NCBI GenBank assembly: GCA_964384465.1
Contig: CAYLLT010000019.1
Location: 2,826-66,825, forward strand
Direction: 5' to 3'
DNA: 64,000 nt
From: an uncultured Planctomycetales bacterium
GTDB taxonomy: Bacteria; Planctomycetota; Phycisphaerae; UBA1845; PWPN01
Translations under genes and position numbers: made by a program
Notes under the pieces: generated by a model
Told to the model about the DNA's origin: nothing
The model's input: only the letters and a program-made list of their open reading frames with translations
Databases searched by the model: none
Shown here: one piece after another, positions 29,236 to 38,879 of the stretch
Layout: every line of letters starts with the position of its first letter
How positions within the stretch are numbered: the first letter of the stretch is position 1

Positions 29236-30561
29236 ATGAGTGAGACATTCCGGGTCGGTTTGATCGGCTGCGGCACGGTGGGGCAGGGCGTCGTCCGACT
29301 GCTTCAGGCCGAAGGCGAGGAGATCGAGAAGAAAACCGGCGTACGTCTGGAGCTGGCCCGCGTCGCGGACAAAGATCTCTCGCAACCGATGAAGGTCGAT
29401 GTTCCGGCCGATCGCATGACCGGCAACGCCGCCGACGTGCTGAACGACAAGAGCATCTCGGCCGTCATCGAGCTTGTCGGCGGGACGGGCGTGGCCAGGG
29501 AGTTCGTGCTCGAGGCGCTGCTCAGCGGCAAGGACGTGGTGACCGCCAACAAAGCCCTGCTCGCCAAGCACGGCAAAGAGATTTACCGCGCCGCTCGCGA
29601 AGCCGGCCGCTGCATCGCGTTCGAGGCGAGCTGCGGCGGCGGCATTCCGCTGATCCTGCCGCTGCGAAGCGGCCTCATCGCCAACCGCATCACCGCCATC
29701 TACGGCATCCTCAACGGCACCTGCAATTACATCCTCAGCGAGATGGGCCAGAAGGGTAAATCGTACGCTACCGCGCTGAAGGAAGCCCAGGACGCCGGCT
29801 ATGCCGAGCTTGATCCGACGCTTGACGTGAACGGCGGCGATACCGCGCACAAGCTCGCGATCCTGTCATCCATCGCCTTCGGCTGCGACACCGACTTGAA
29901 GAAGTTGTACGTGGAGGGCATCGACAAACTGGACGCACGCGATCTGGCCGCCGGCCGCGAACTCGGCTACGTCTGCAAGCTGCTCGGCATCGCCCGTCGC
30001 ACCGACGGCGGCCTGAGCCTCCGCGTGCATCCGTCATTCGTGCACGAGCGGCATCCGCTGGCCAGTACGAGCGGCTCGTTCAACGCCATCAGCATCTACG
30101 GCAACTGGGTCGGCCACACGCTCTATTACGGCCGCGGCGCCGGGAGCAAACCCACCGCCAGCGCCGTCGTCGCCGATCTGATCGACATCGCCGTGGGCAA
30201 CGCCCGCCGGACGTTCGAGAAATTCCGCGTGCTCAACGATACCACGACCGAACCGACGTACGCGCCGATGGAGGCGCTGCGTACACGATTCTACGTTCGG
30301 CTCATGGTGGCGGATCAACCCGGTGTGATGGCCCAGGTCTCTCGCTGTTTCGGCGATCGTCACATCAGCCTGCGGGCGGTGACTCAACATGAACCGCCGA
30401 CTGACGGTTCGACTAACGCGGTGCCCGTGGTCGTACTCACGCACATCGCCGAGGAAGGCCACATGCGCGCGGCCCTGAAGGAGATCGGCGAGATGGATTT
30501 CATCCGCGAGCCGCCGGTGATGATCCGCGTGGTCGAAGAGCACGAAGAGTACGAAACATAA
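29236..30561 (+). CDS. hom: Homoserine dehydrogenase
   Basis: FRVGLIGCGTVGQGV NAD(P) motif, central catalytic domain (ANKALLA, FEASCGGGIP) and a C-terminal ACT-like domain. Confidence 0.9.
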   Translation: MSETFRVGLIGCGTVGQGVVRLLQAEGEEIEKKTGVRLELARVADKDLSQPMKVDVPADRMTGNAADVLNDKSISAVIELVGGTGVAREFVLEALLSGKDVVTANKALLAKHGKEIYRAAREAGRCIAFEASCGGGIPLILPLRSGLIANRITAIYGILNGTCNYILSEMGQKGKSYATALKEAQDAGYAELDPTLDVNGGDTAHKLAILSSIAFGCDTDLKKLYVEGIDKLDARDLAAGRELGYVCKLLGIARRTDGGLSLRVHPSFVHERHPLASTSGSFNAISIYGNWVGHTLYYGRGAGSKPTASAVVADLIDIAVGNARRTFEKFRVLNDTTTEPTYAPMEALRTRFYVRLMVADQPGVMAQVSRCFGDRHISLRAVTQHEPPTDGSTNAVPVVVLTHIAEEGHMRAALKEIGEMDFIREPPVMIRVVEEHEEYET

Positions 30562-30566
30562 AACGT

Positions 30567-30619
30567 CAGGACCGCGGCAACTTGTTGCCGTAAGTGCGGC
30601 AGTAAACTGCCGCGGTCCT
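30567..30619. repeat. REP-like nested hairpin element, family 'CAGGACCGCGGCAAyTTrTTGCCG' (copy 2 of 2)
   Basis: aggaccgcggca (30568-30579) pairs perfectly with tgccgcggtcct (30608-30619). Inner hairpin ggcaacttgttgcc. Confidence 0.9.
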
Positions 30620-30634
30620 CACGAGAGCTGTTCA

Positions 30635-31828
30635 ATGAAATATGCTCTGATCCTCCCCGATGGCGCCGCCGACGAACCGATTGAGGAACTCGGCGGCAGG
30701 ACCGCGCTTCAGGCGGCGCGGATTCCCAATATGGATGGAATCGCCGCCAGCGGACGGTCGGGAACGGTCAAGACGGTGCCCGATGGCTTCATTCCCGGCA
30801 GCGACGTCGCCACGCTCAGCGTCGTCGGATACGACCCGAAAACCTACTACACCGGCCGGGCGCCGCTGGAGGCCGTCGCCCGCGGCCTCTCGCTGGAACC
30901 GGACGAACTCGTCTTCCGCTGCAATCTCGTGACCATCGTTGACGGCCGCATGGAGGATTTTTCCGCCGGCCACATCTCGCAGCCGGAAGCCGAAAAGATC
31001 GTCGCCGATCTTCAGACCGCGCTCGGCGATGACCGCATCCGGTTTCACACCGGCGTCAGCTACCGCCATCTGATGACCATCAAGCAGGCGTCCTCGATCA
31101 AAGTACAGTGCACGCCGCCGCACGACATCCCCGGTGAGGCGATCAAAGGCTATCTGCCCACCGGTAGCGGCAGCGAGATCATCCGCGATCTGATGGAGCG
31201 CTCGCAGCCGTTGCTGGCGTTTCACGAGGTGAATCAGATTCGCCGCGATCTCGGCGAGAGCCCGGCCACGTCGATCTGGTTGTGGGGTCAGGGGGCGATC
31301 CCGCATATGCCCAGCTTCAAGGAGCGCTTCGGCCTGCGCGGAGCGGCCATCACCGCCGTCGATCTGATCCGCGGCGTGGCCCTCAGTGTCGGATGGAAGC
31401 TGATCGAGGTCCCCGGCGCGACCGGCTACATCGACACCGACTACGCCGCCAAGGGCCGCTACGCCATCGACGCTCTCGACGACGTCGATCTGATCGCCGT
31501 GCACATCGAAGCCCCCGACGAGATGGGCCACAACGGCGACGCAAAAAACAAGGTGAAAGCCATCGAACAGATTGACGAGCACATCGTCGGCCCGCTCCTC
31601 GAAAAGCTCCGCACATTCGACGAGTGGCGAATCCTCTGTCTGCCCGACCACCCCACGCCAGTCGCCAGGCGTACGCACACCGCCGTCCCGCCGCCGTTCT
31701 GCATGGCCGGCACCAGCGTCATCGCTGACCGCGCTACCGCATTCAATGAAGCCGAAGCCGCCGAAACCGGCCTGCACATCGACCCCGGCCACGAGCTGAT
31801 GGAATACTTTCTCAAATCCGGTGGGTAG
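30635..31828 (+). CDS. Cofactor-independent phosphoglycerate mutase homolog (ApgM family; the family proposed as a non-canonical homoserine kinase)
   Basis: MKYALILPDGAADEP..., metalloenzyme-superfamily motifs (GSDVA, HIEAPDEMGHNGD, LPDHPTP). Lies immediately downstream of hom. Confidence 0.75.
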   Translation: MKYALILPDGAADEPIEELGGRTALQAARIPNMDGIAASGRSGTVKTVPDGFIPGSDVATLSVVGYDPKTYYTGRAPLEAVARGLSLEPDELVFRCNLVTIVDGRMEDFSAGHISQPEAEKIVADLQTALGDDRIRFHTGVSYRHLMTIKQASSIKVQCTPPHDIPGEAIKGYLPTGSGSEIIRDLMERSQPLLAFHEVNQIRRDLGESPATSIWLWGQGAIPHMPSFKERFGLRGAAITAVDLIRGVALSVGWKLIEVPGATGYIDTDYAAKGRYAIDALDDVDLIAVHIEAPDEMGHNGDAKNKVKAIEQIDEHIVGPLLEKLRTFDEWRILCLPDHPTPVARRTHTAVPPPFCMAGTSVIADRATAFNEAEAAETGLHIDPGHELMEYFLKSGG

Positions 31829-31907
31829 TGGGGCGGCTTGGGCAAGCGTCTGTTCGCTACATGATGTTTGCCTGCTTGACGGGAAATACACACGTTCGAG
31901 CTTGATA

Positions 31908-32426
31908 TCAGTCGCCTGTCGTTCCCGTTACAATCACCGTCGCGTCGCGCATGCCGTCCATCGTGTAGTAATACTTGTCGTAGTACCGGTAGGTCCCGGG
32001 CGTGTGGAATGTGTATTCGAACGTCCCGTGTATCCCGAGCGTGGCGGAAAACAACGATCCCTTATCTTCATCCTCGGGATCGCCGGACCACACGCTGTGC
32101 GTCGGGAAATCCCGGTTGATCCAGCGCACCGCCTGGCCCGCCTGGATGGTGACCGATTTGGGTGTGAAGACGAACTCGTTGATTTCCACCTCCACGATGC
32201 TGGTAGGGGGGTTACTGGTGGTCGAAGAGGTATTACCGGTGCTCTCGGTTGTGCCCGTATTGCCGGTCGATGAAGTCCCGCCGGTCGCGGTCTGACCGTC
32301 GCCGGTCGTTGTGCCCGCGGTGTCCGCCGGCTGGCCTGAGTCCGCGGCCGTCGGACAGCCCTGACCGCTCAGCAATCCCGCCAGGAAAATGCACGCAACG
32401 ATCCGCCCCAATTGATTGCACGACAT
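31908..32426 (-). CDS. Cupredoxin-like lipoprotein (no obvious Cys copper ligand)
   Basis: Lipobox LLSGQGC, a Thr/Gly-rich linker, then VEINEFVFTPKSVTIQAGQAVRWINRD...H...GTFEYTFHTPGTYRYY, a cupredoxin-type beta sandwich pattern. Confidence 0.55.
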   Translation of the reverse strand: MSCNQLGRIVACIFLAGLLSGQGCPTAADSGQPADTAGTTTGDGQTATGGTSSTGNTGTTESTGNTSSTTSNPPTSIVEVEINEFVFTPKSVTIQAGQAVRWINRDFPTHSVWSGDPEDEDKGSLFSATLGIHGTFEYTFHTPGTYRYYDKYYYTMDGMRDATVIVTGTTGD

Positions 32427-32720
32427 GACTGATCTCCCCGATACTGCCCGATAACCGGTAGCTTGGACCGGTTCGCAAACGTACGCTCCGATCTCTCCAG
32501 ATCGTCATATCCACCCTCGAACGTTGGTGTGATCCTCATCGAGTGTACGATGTTGCCGTGCACAGTCCGGCCGAAACCCTCTTCCGATAACTCATTCGTT
32601 CAGTTGCGATCGAAGGTGAGCGTACGCTGCCCTTGGCGGCGGCAACGCTTTCCGCCATCATACGGCCACGCGCACGTGAACAGTTCAGGTGGCGGAGCGT
32701 TTCAGGCGACGGGCTTACGG

Positions 32721-33788
32721 ATGATCAGGGCGATACGAAAGTTGCCGGCACAGGAAACCGGGCTGATCCTGGTGATCCTCATGCTGGGCGCCCTACTCGC
32801 TGGCTTCAGCAAGCCGGTGGTCTATTATGATGCGCAGACGAAGAAACATCTTCGCGTGAATCGTTTTCTACAGCCCGGCAACCTCGACAATCTGATGAAG
32901 AATACGTCGTTCTTCGCGATCATGGCGGTGGGAGCCACGTTCGTCATCATCTCCGGCGGGATCGATCTGTCGGTGGGGGCGGTCTACTGTCTTTCGGCGA
33001 TCTGCGGCGCGTTCTTTCTGCGTTACTGCGGACCGACCGGCGCCGGAGCGGGGATGTCAAACGGGCTTATTGTCGCGGGAGCGATTCTGATCTGCCTCGG
33101 CGTCGGGGCCGCTTGCGGCCTGGCGAACGGATCGATGATCGTTTACCTGCGCGTGCATCCCTTCATCATCACACTGGGCACGATGGCGGTGTTTCGCGGC
33201 ATCGCGTTCGTCAACACCAAGGGCCAGTCGATCGGCAGCTTCTCGCCCGCGTTCACCGACGACCTGATTCGTCAAACCTTCGGGACACGATTCTATCCGA
33301 TCCCGATGACGGTGATGCTGGTGGTCACGCTGGCCGCCGGTTTGATGCTGCACCGCATGGGGATCGGGCGCAAGGTTTATGCGATCGGCGGCAACGAGGA
33401 GGCCGGCCGGTTCAGCGGACTGCGTGTTAATCGCGTCAAGTTGTTCGTCTACTTGTCGGGCGGGTTGACGGCCGGCATCGCCAGCCTGATCTTTCTCGGT
33501 TATTACGGCTCGGCGACCTCGCAGGTGGGAGAAGGGTACGAGCTGGAGGTCATCGCCGCCGCGGTGGTGGGCGGGGCCAGCTTGTCCGGCGGCAAAGGGA
33601 CCGCGCTCGGAGCCATGCTCGGGGCGCTGGTCATCCGGCTGATCGACAACGGCGTCATCATCCTGGGTATTGACCAGAACTATAACAAGATCATCATGGG
33701 GTGCGTCATCATACTGGCCGTACTGTTGGACCAGGTGAGTGGATGGGTGCGGCGGAAGACGTTCACGAAACTGAGAGTTGAGAATTGA
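32721..33788 (+). CDS. Sugar ABC transporter permease (RbsC-like)
   Basis: Start moved to ATG 32721. FFAIMAVGATFVIISGGIDLSVGAVYCL signature and multiple TM segments. Confidence 0.85.
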   Translation: MIRAIRKLPAQETGLILVILMLGALLAGFSKPVVYYDAQTKKHLRVNRFLQPGNLDNLMKNTSFFAIMAVGATFVIISGGIDLSVGAVYCLSAICGAFFLRYCGPTGAGAGMSNGLIVAGAILICLGVGAACGLANGSMIVYLRVHPFIITLGTMAVFRGIAFVNTKGQSIGSFSPAFTDDLIRQTFGTRFYPIPMTVMLVVTLAAGLMLHRMGIGRKVYAIGGNEEAGRFSGLRVNRVKLFVYLSGGLTAGIASLIFLGYYGSATSQVGEGYELEVIAAAVVGGASLSGGKGTALGAMLGALVIRLIDNGVIILGIDQNYNKIIMGCVIILAVLLDQVSGWVRRKTFTKLRVEN

Positions 33789-33805
33789 GAATTGGAGATG
33801 TGAGG

Positions 33806-34798
33806 ATGAGAAAGTTTCTTTTCGGCGGATTGATCGGTGTTCTCTTGTTGTCGGGATGTAAGCAAGAGGTTTCGGCCCCGGCGGCGGGGACGAAAAAGAG
33901 CGAATACGTCTTCGGCATCATCGCCAAGAGCAACAACAACATCGTTTTCCAGGCGGCGCGCAAGGGCGCGGAAGACGCGGCCCACGACCTGAGCGAAAAA
34001 AACGGCGTCAAGGTCCGCGTGGAGTGGCGTACGCCCGACCAGGAGGACGGCCAGAAGCAGGCCAACAACATCGAGCAGCTCACGCTGGCCCGCGTGGACG
34101 GCATCGGGATCAGTTGCTCTGACGCCAGCCTGGTGACCAAGGCCATCGACAGTGCCATCGATTCAGGCATTCCGGTCATGTGCTGGGATTCGGACGCCCC
34201 GAACAGCAAGCGGTTTGCGTTCCACGGCGTCGATAATCATGAGTGCGGCGCCCAGGTAATGACCGAGTTGGGCAAGGTGATGGGCGGCAAAGGCGTGGTC
34301 GCGGTGCTGGCCGGCAATCAGACCGCGACGAACCTTCAGGAGCGCGTCCGCGGCGTCCGCGATACGGCCAAGCAATTCCCCGGTATCACGATCAAGGAGG
34401 TTTACTATCACGCCGAAGATCCGCAGAGTGCCTCCGCGAAAGTGGAAAGCGTCCAAACCGCCAATCCGGACATTCAAGGCTGGGCGATGGTCGGCGGCTG
34501 GCCGCTGTTCAGCGATGCGATCCGCAAGAACCCCGCGTTCGCCGGCGGCAAAGTCAAGATCGTGTCCGTCGACGCGCTGCCCGAGGCCCTGAAATATCTG
34601 AAGGAAGATGTCGCCCAGGTTCTGCTGGCACAAGGTGTCTACCAGTGGGGTTACCGCGCGGTGGAGATCCTGTACGACAAGGCGGCGAACGGGAAAGAGC
34701 CGCCCGGCAAGCGAGACATCTCCAAGCTGGAGCCGATCACCAAAGCGCAAGCGGATGAATATGGGAAGAACTGGGAAAAGTGGCTGCCCAAGTCTTGA
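33806..34798 (+). CDS. Sugar ABC transporter substrate-binding lipoprotein
   Basis: Lipobox LLLSGC (start ATG 33806). PBP-1 pattern YVFGIIAKSNNNIVFQAARKGAEDAA...GIGISCSDA...IPVMCWDSD. Confidence 0.85.
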   Translation: MRKFLFGGLIGVLLLSGCKQEVSAPAAGTKKSEYVFGIIAKSNNNIVFQAARKGAEDAAHDLSEKNGVKVRVEWRTPDQEDGQKQANNIEQLTLARVDGIGISCSDASLVTKAIDSAIDSGIPVMCWDSDAPNSKRFAFHGVDNHECGAQVMTELGKVMGGKGVVAVLAGNQTATNLQERVRGVRDTAKQFPGITIKEVYYHAEDPQSASAKVESVQTANPDIQGWAMVGGWPLFSDAIRKNPAFAGGKVKIVSVDALPEALKYLKEDVAQVLLAQGVYQWGYRAVEILYDKAANGKEPPGKRDISKLEPITKAQADEYGKNWEKWLPKS

Positions 34799-34840
34799 AC
34801 GGTCTCATACGGTTTTCGTTTTGAATCCGCGCGTGGGGTC

Positions 34841-34925
34841 TGATCCGAGCCGCGACCTGATCCGAGCCGCGACCGTAAGGGAGCGGTTTTCACTGCATTC
34901 CGCTCCCTTACGGTCGCGGCTCGGA
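34841..34925. repeat. REP-like hairpin, family 'GAGCCGCGACCGTAAGGGAGCG' (copy 2), with a 17-bp tandem half-copy
   Basis: Perfect 25-bp stem, 34861-34885 / 34901-34925. The extra tgatccgagccgcgacc at 34841-34857 duplicates 34858-34874. Confidence 0.92.
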
Positions 34926-34959
34926 ATGCAAGACGCGTGGAGTCAAAATGGGATCGGTA

Positions 34960-36120
34960 TCATTCCGTCGCAAACCGGCGGTAGAGCGTTGCATGTTCGG
35001 CCGCACATCGCGACCATGAGAACAATCGGCTGCGGGCCAGACCGCGGATGATGAGCGATTCGGCGAGAGCGTCATCTTCGAGGACGCGGCGGAGCGACTC
35101 GGTGAGCGCGTCCACGTCGCGCGGTTCGATGAGGATGCCGGCGTCGCCGACGACCTCGGGGATCGAGCTGATCGAACTGCTGATGACCGGCGTGCCGCTG
35201 GCCATCGCTTCCAGCGGCGGCAGGCCAAAACCCTCGTAAAATGTCGGCCACACCAGGACCCGCGCGGCGTTGTAGAGATAGGCCAGGTCCTCATCCGAAA
35301 CGTAGCCGAGGACGCGCACGCCATCCAGAAGGTTCTCGCGGATGAGCGCTTCGACGTTCTCCTGGCCCCATCCTGAGACGCCCGCGAGTACGAGTGGATG
35401 CTGCGCGCGAAGCGACGCCGGCAGGCGGGCGTAGGCTGCGAGCACGCCGGGTACATTTTTTCGCGGCTCGATGGTGCCCACATAGAGAACGCATGCGTTG
35501 GGCAGGTTGCGCTCGTGCAGCCGGGCGCGGACCTCGTCGGGCGGGCGGGGATGAAAAATGGTCCGCGCACCGAGCGGAATCACCGTGATTCGCCGCGCGT
35601 CCACGCCGAGCAGATCGACCATCTCGCGTCGAGTAAATTCGGACACGGCGATGAAGTGATGCGTGCGGGCCAGACCGGCGGCGAAATCGCGGTCGTACCA
35701 CGTGACGCGATCGGGCGGGTGCCACTGCGGATGGCGGATGACGGAGACATCGTGCATCGTGGTCAGGATCGGCCCGTGCCAGGGGGCGGGGATATGATTC
35801 GGTTCGTGGTAGAGGCTATACCCTCTCAGCACGGCGTAAGCCTCGAATGCGGCGAAGTACGTATCCTGCGCGATTCGGCGGAGCCACGCGGGCGGCCGGC
35901 GGGCGGGGCGGTAGACGGAAGCGCCGCTCGCCGATGGATCGGATGTCGCGGTTTTTTGATGCCGCCGCAGTGAGAAACACCGGCTGTAAAATGGCAGCAA
36001 GTCGATGTCCGGGGTCTGCCGGGCGAGGGCGGCGAGCAACTCGATGATATAGTGTCCGACGCCGGTCCGCGGGCTGCGGAGGGCACGGTCGTTGAGGATT
36101 ACGCGAGTTCTTGCGGGCAT
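34960..36120 (-). CDS. Glycosyltransferase, GT4 (GT-B fold) family
   Basis: Start ATG 36120. C-terminal EGFGLPPLEAMASGTPVISS (E-x7-E region) and LVLAGVSGW. Confidence 0.85.
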   Translation of the reverse strand: MPARTRVILNDRALRSPRTGVGHYIIELLAALARQTPDIDLLPFYSRCFSLRRHQKTATSDPSASGASVYRPARRPPAWLRRIAQDTYFAAFEAYAVLRGYSLYHEPNHIPAPWHGPILTTMHDVSVIRHPQWHPPDRVTWYDRDFAAGLARTHHFIAVSEFTRREMVDLLGVDARRITVIPLGARTIFHPRPPDEVRARLHERNLPNACVLYVGTIEPRKNVPGVLAAYARLPASLRAQHPLVLAGVSGWGQENVEALIRENLLDGVRVLGYVSDEDLAYLYNAARVLVWPTFYEGFGLPPLEAMASGTPVISSSISSIPEVVGDAGILIEPRDVDALTESLRRVLEDDALAESLIIRGLARSRLFSWSRCAAEHATLYRRFATE

Positions 36121-36323
36121 GGCGGCGGACGATAGCCCCCCGGCCGGGCGGCTGCAACCGGGTTTGCGGTCAAAGCGGCTCAAGAAACGGCTTCCGGCCC
36201 GCCGAAGGATGGAGGGGCTTCGGATGCACTCAGGAATTGCCCGTATTGACACGACAGTTTGCGGAACAGTTTAATGCGGAAGTGAGTTCACGGGGACGGG
36301 GATACACCTAAAAGAGCGAACGC

Positions 36324-36938
36324 ATGAGCAGCAGGCTGGTTTGGAAGGTTTCATCCCGGCGAGTTGGAGTCGGTGTATGCCGGCTGCTCGCGGTTTGCGC
36401 TGGGCTGATGCTGTCCTGCACGCCGGCCGCTTTCTTTAACAATACGACATCGCTGGGCGGCGACGTGCCCGGCGGCCGCAGCAACATCAACGTGCAATTC
36501 ATCAACAAGACGCCCTTCCGCGCGATCTTCACGTTCGGAACTTACGATCCGCAGAATCCGGATTTTCAGCCGCAGTTCCTTCAATTCTTCGTGGATGCGG
36601 ATCCCAGTAACCGATTGGAGGGCAACAGCACCAGCCAGGTCATCACGTTCACCTGCGGGCGCGCGCTGAGCGTCGGCGGCGACCGGCTGATTACGATCAT
36701 CGACGAAAAGGAGCTTGGGGGCGCCGCGAACCAGGCGGCCCTTCAGCCGGGTATCGCGTTCTCCGACAAACCGCTCGACGACCCGGACGCCGACCAACCG
36801 ACGGCCGGTCGCGCGATCGGCATCGTGACGCTACAGGGTGCGGAGTACCAATGCGACTCACTTCTGGTGTACACGTTTGAGGTGGATTCGACGGTGCCCG
36901 GCGGGTTCCAGATCGGTCTGGACGTTATTCTGCCCTGA
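36324..36938 (+). CDS. Hypothetical lipoprotein
   Basis: Signal/lipobox LLAVCAGLMLSC. Coherent GC3-rich frame. No recognised family. Confidence 0.5.
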   Translation: MSSRLVWKVSSRRVGVGVCRLLAVCAGLMLSCTPAAFFNNTTSLGGDVPGGRSNINVQFINKTPFRAIFTFGTYDPQNPDFQPQFLQFFVDADPSNRLEGNSTSQVITFTCGRALSVGGDRLITIIDEKELGGAANQAALQPGIAFSDKPLDDPDADQPTAGRAIGIVTLQGAEYQCDSLLVYTFEVDSTVPGGFQIGLDVILP

Positions 36939-36961
36939 CGCAAAGCTCACCACATCATTGT

Positions 36962-37031
36962 CGATTTCTGATTTCCGATTTCCGATTGAAAACCAGCCGC
37001 TCATGGTGTCTACAAATCGGAAATTGGAAAT
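36962..37031. terminator. Simple-sequence inverted repeat between convergent genes (likely bidirectional terminator)
   Basis: cgatttctgatttccgatttccgatt (36962-36987) versus aatcggaaattggaaat (37015-37031). Sits between the stop at 36938 (+) and the stop at 37035 (-). Confidence 0.55.
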
Positions 37032-37034
37032 AGT

Positions 37035-38792
37035 CTACTGTTGGCAACTGACCGGCGGGGGGAGATTGGGCCCGCTCAGGCACGGCAAGAAGAGGGTAAA
37101 ATCGGATTGATCCACCTGATTGTTGGTATCGAGGTCGGCGGGCGTACAACCGGTTAACGGCGGGGGGCCACCATAGCATTTCTGTAGGAAACCGAAATCG
37201 GCCACATCGACATCGCCGTCGCCATCGAAGTCGCCTCTCATGGGCGCCGGGCAGCCGGAGCTGTTGACGACTGTTCCCGGCGCGGTGCCGGGGCAGATGT
37301 CGCAGGCATCGCCGACGCCGTCGCCGTCTGAATCGGCCTGTCCGCCGTTGGCCACCAGCCGGCAATTGTCCGAGGTATCCGGCACGCCGTCGTTGTCATC
37401 ATCGCTGTCGCAGACATCACCCTGCGAATCGCCGTCGTTGTTGAGCTGATCGGGGTTCGCGGTCGATGGGCAATTGTCGGAGGCGTCGGGTACGCCATCG
37501 GCATCGGCGTCAGGCAACGGCGGATTGCGTGTGATCTTGAACACTTCACCGCCGTTCAGGTCGCAGATATAAAGCTCGCCGAGGGCGTCCTGACCGAAGC
37601 TGCTGATGCTGGTTACGCTGAGTCCGCCGCCCGGGGCCAGTTCGGCCGTGTGGTTGGTGCAGTTCGTCGCGGCGCCGCCGGTCACGATGAAACTGACGAT
37701 GGTGTTCGAGCAGTAGTCGGCGAAAAAGTAGCGGCCGACAATTTCGGGAATCGCCGGCCCGCGATAGACGTAGCCGCCGGTTACCGAACATCCGGTCGGC
37801 GGCGTGCCGCAGGAGAAAGCGTTGCCGGTGTTACTGCTGTGGCCGTACTCGTAGATCGGGTCCACCAGACCGGCGAGTCCGCAATTGGTGCTGGGATTGT
37901 AGCAGTGGGTTGCCTCTTTTCGCCTCCAGCCGTAGTTTCGTCCGCCGACTAGCGGGGCGGCCGCAAAGTTGACCTCTTCCCACAGGTCCTGGCCGACGTC
38001 GGCGATATACAGATCGCCGTTGCCGCGGTCGAACGAGGGCCGCCACGGGTTGCGCAGACCATAGGCCCAGATCTCGTCGTCTCCCGTGATGCCCACAAAC
38101 GGATTCGTGGGTGGGATCGTGTAGTTTTTGTCGGCATCACCCGGAAAATCGTCGCCGTTCACATCGACGCGAAGCATTTTGCCCAGCAGGTTGTCGGTGA
38201 TGTCCTGCGCGTTGCCGCCGGGCTCGGTGTGACCGGCGCCGCTGTCCCCGCCGTTCCCGCCGTCGCCTAACGCGATGTAGAGGTAGCCGTCGTTCGGCCC
38301 GAAGCCGATCCATCCGGCGTTATGATTCTCCTGCGGCTGGTTGATGGTGATGATGTTTTTGAAACTGCCAGGCGTCGTGTCGGCGACATCCGGATCGATG
38401 GCTGAGGCCAGGTACTCAGCGACGACCGAGTGACCGGCCGCACCGCCGCCGGTTGTGGTGTAATAAACATAGAGCTTCCGATTCGTGGCGTAGTTCGGGT
38501 GGAAGGCGAGACCGAGCAGGCCCTGTTCGTTGCCGGTGGTCAGGCCGCTGATGGTGAGAAACGTGCCCGTGATTGCGCTGTTCTTGATGATGCGAATGCG
38601 GCCGACGTGCTGCTCGAGGACGAACAGGCGCTGGTAATCGCCGGGTGGCGAGGTCACAAAATCCGGCCGGGACAGACCGCCGGTCACCAGTACGGCTTTG
38701 ATGGCCGCGTCGGCATCCGCGGGAATAACGGACAGCACGAGAGCGGCGACAATCGGCCAGCAAGCGCGGAAACGGCGAGCGGTGGTGTCCAA
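37035..38792 (-). CDS. Secreted PQQ-dependent sugar dehydrogenase (SGDH/sorbosone dehydrogenase-like beta-propeller) with thrombospondin type-3 repeats and a C-terminal dockerin-like module
   Basis: [22 protein letters not shown] and [26 protein letters not shown]3-type [15 protein letters not shown]...[17 protein letters not shown]-terminal [14 protein letters not shown]...[22 protein letters not shown]. Confidence 0.8.
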   Translation of the reverse strand: MDTTARRFRACWPIVAALVLSVIPADADAAIKAVLVTGGLSRPDFVTSPPGDYQRLFVLEQHVGRIRIIKNSAITGTFLTISGLTTGNEQGLLGLAFHPNYATNRKLYVYYTTTGGGAAGHSVVAEYLASAIDPDVADTTPGSFKNIITINQPQENHNAGWIGFGPNDGYLYIALGDGGNGGDSGAGHTEPGGNAQDITDNLLGKMLRVDVNGDDFPGDADKNYTIPPTNPFVGITGDDEIWAYGLRNPWRPSFDRGNGDLYIADVGQDLWEEVNFAAAPLVGGRNYGWRRKEATHCYNPSTNCGLAGLVDPIYEYGHSSNTGNAFSCGTPPTGCSVTGGYVYRGPAIPEIVGRYFFADYCSNTIVSFIVTGGAATNCTNHTAELAPGGGLSVTSISSFGQDALGELYICDLNGGEVFKITRNPPLPDADADGVPDASDNCPSTANPDQLNNDGDSQGDVCDSDDDNDGVPDTSDNCRLVANGGQADSDGDGVGDACDICPGTAPGTVVNSSGCPAPMRGDFDGDGDVDVADFGFLQKCYGGPPPLTGCTPADLDTNNQVDQSDFTLFLPCLSGPNLPPPVSCQQ

Positions 38793-38879
38793 GGTTATCT
38801 CCCGCTGATTATCTTCGTGCTGCCGCGACGCGGATACATTGTAACTGAATGAGGGCGGGATGTGAACGGCCGCCCTGAA

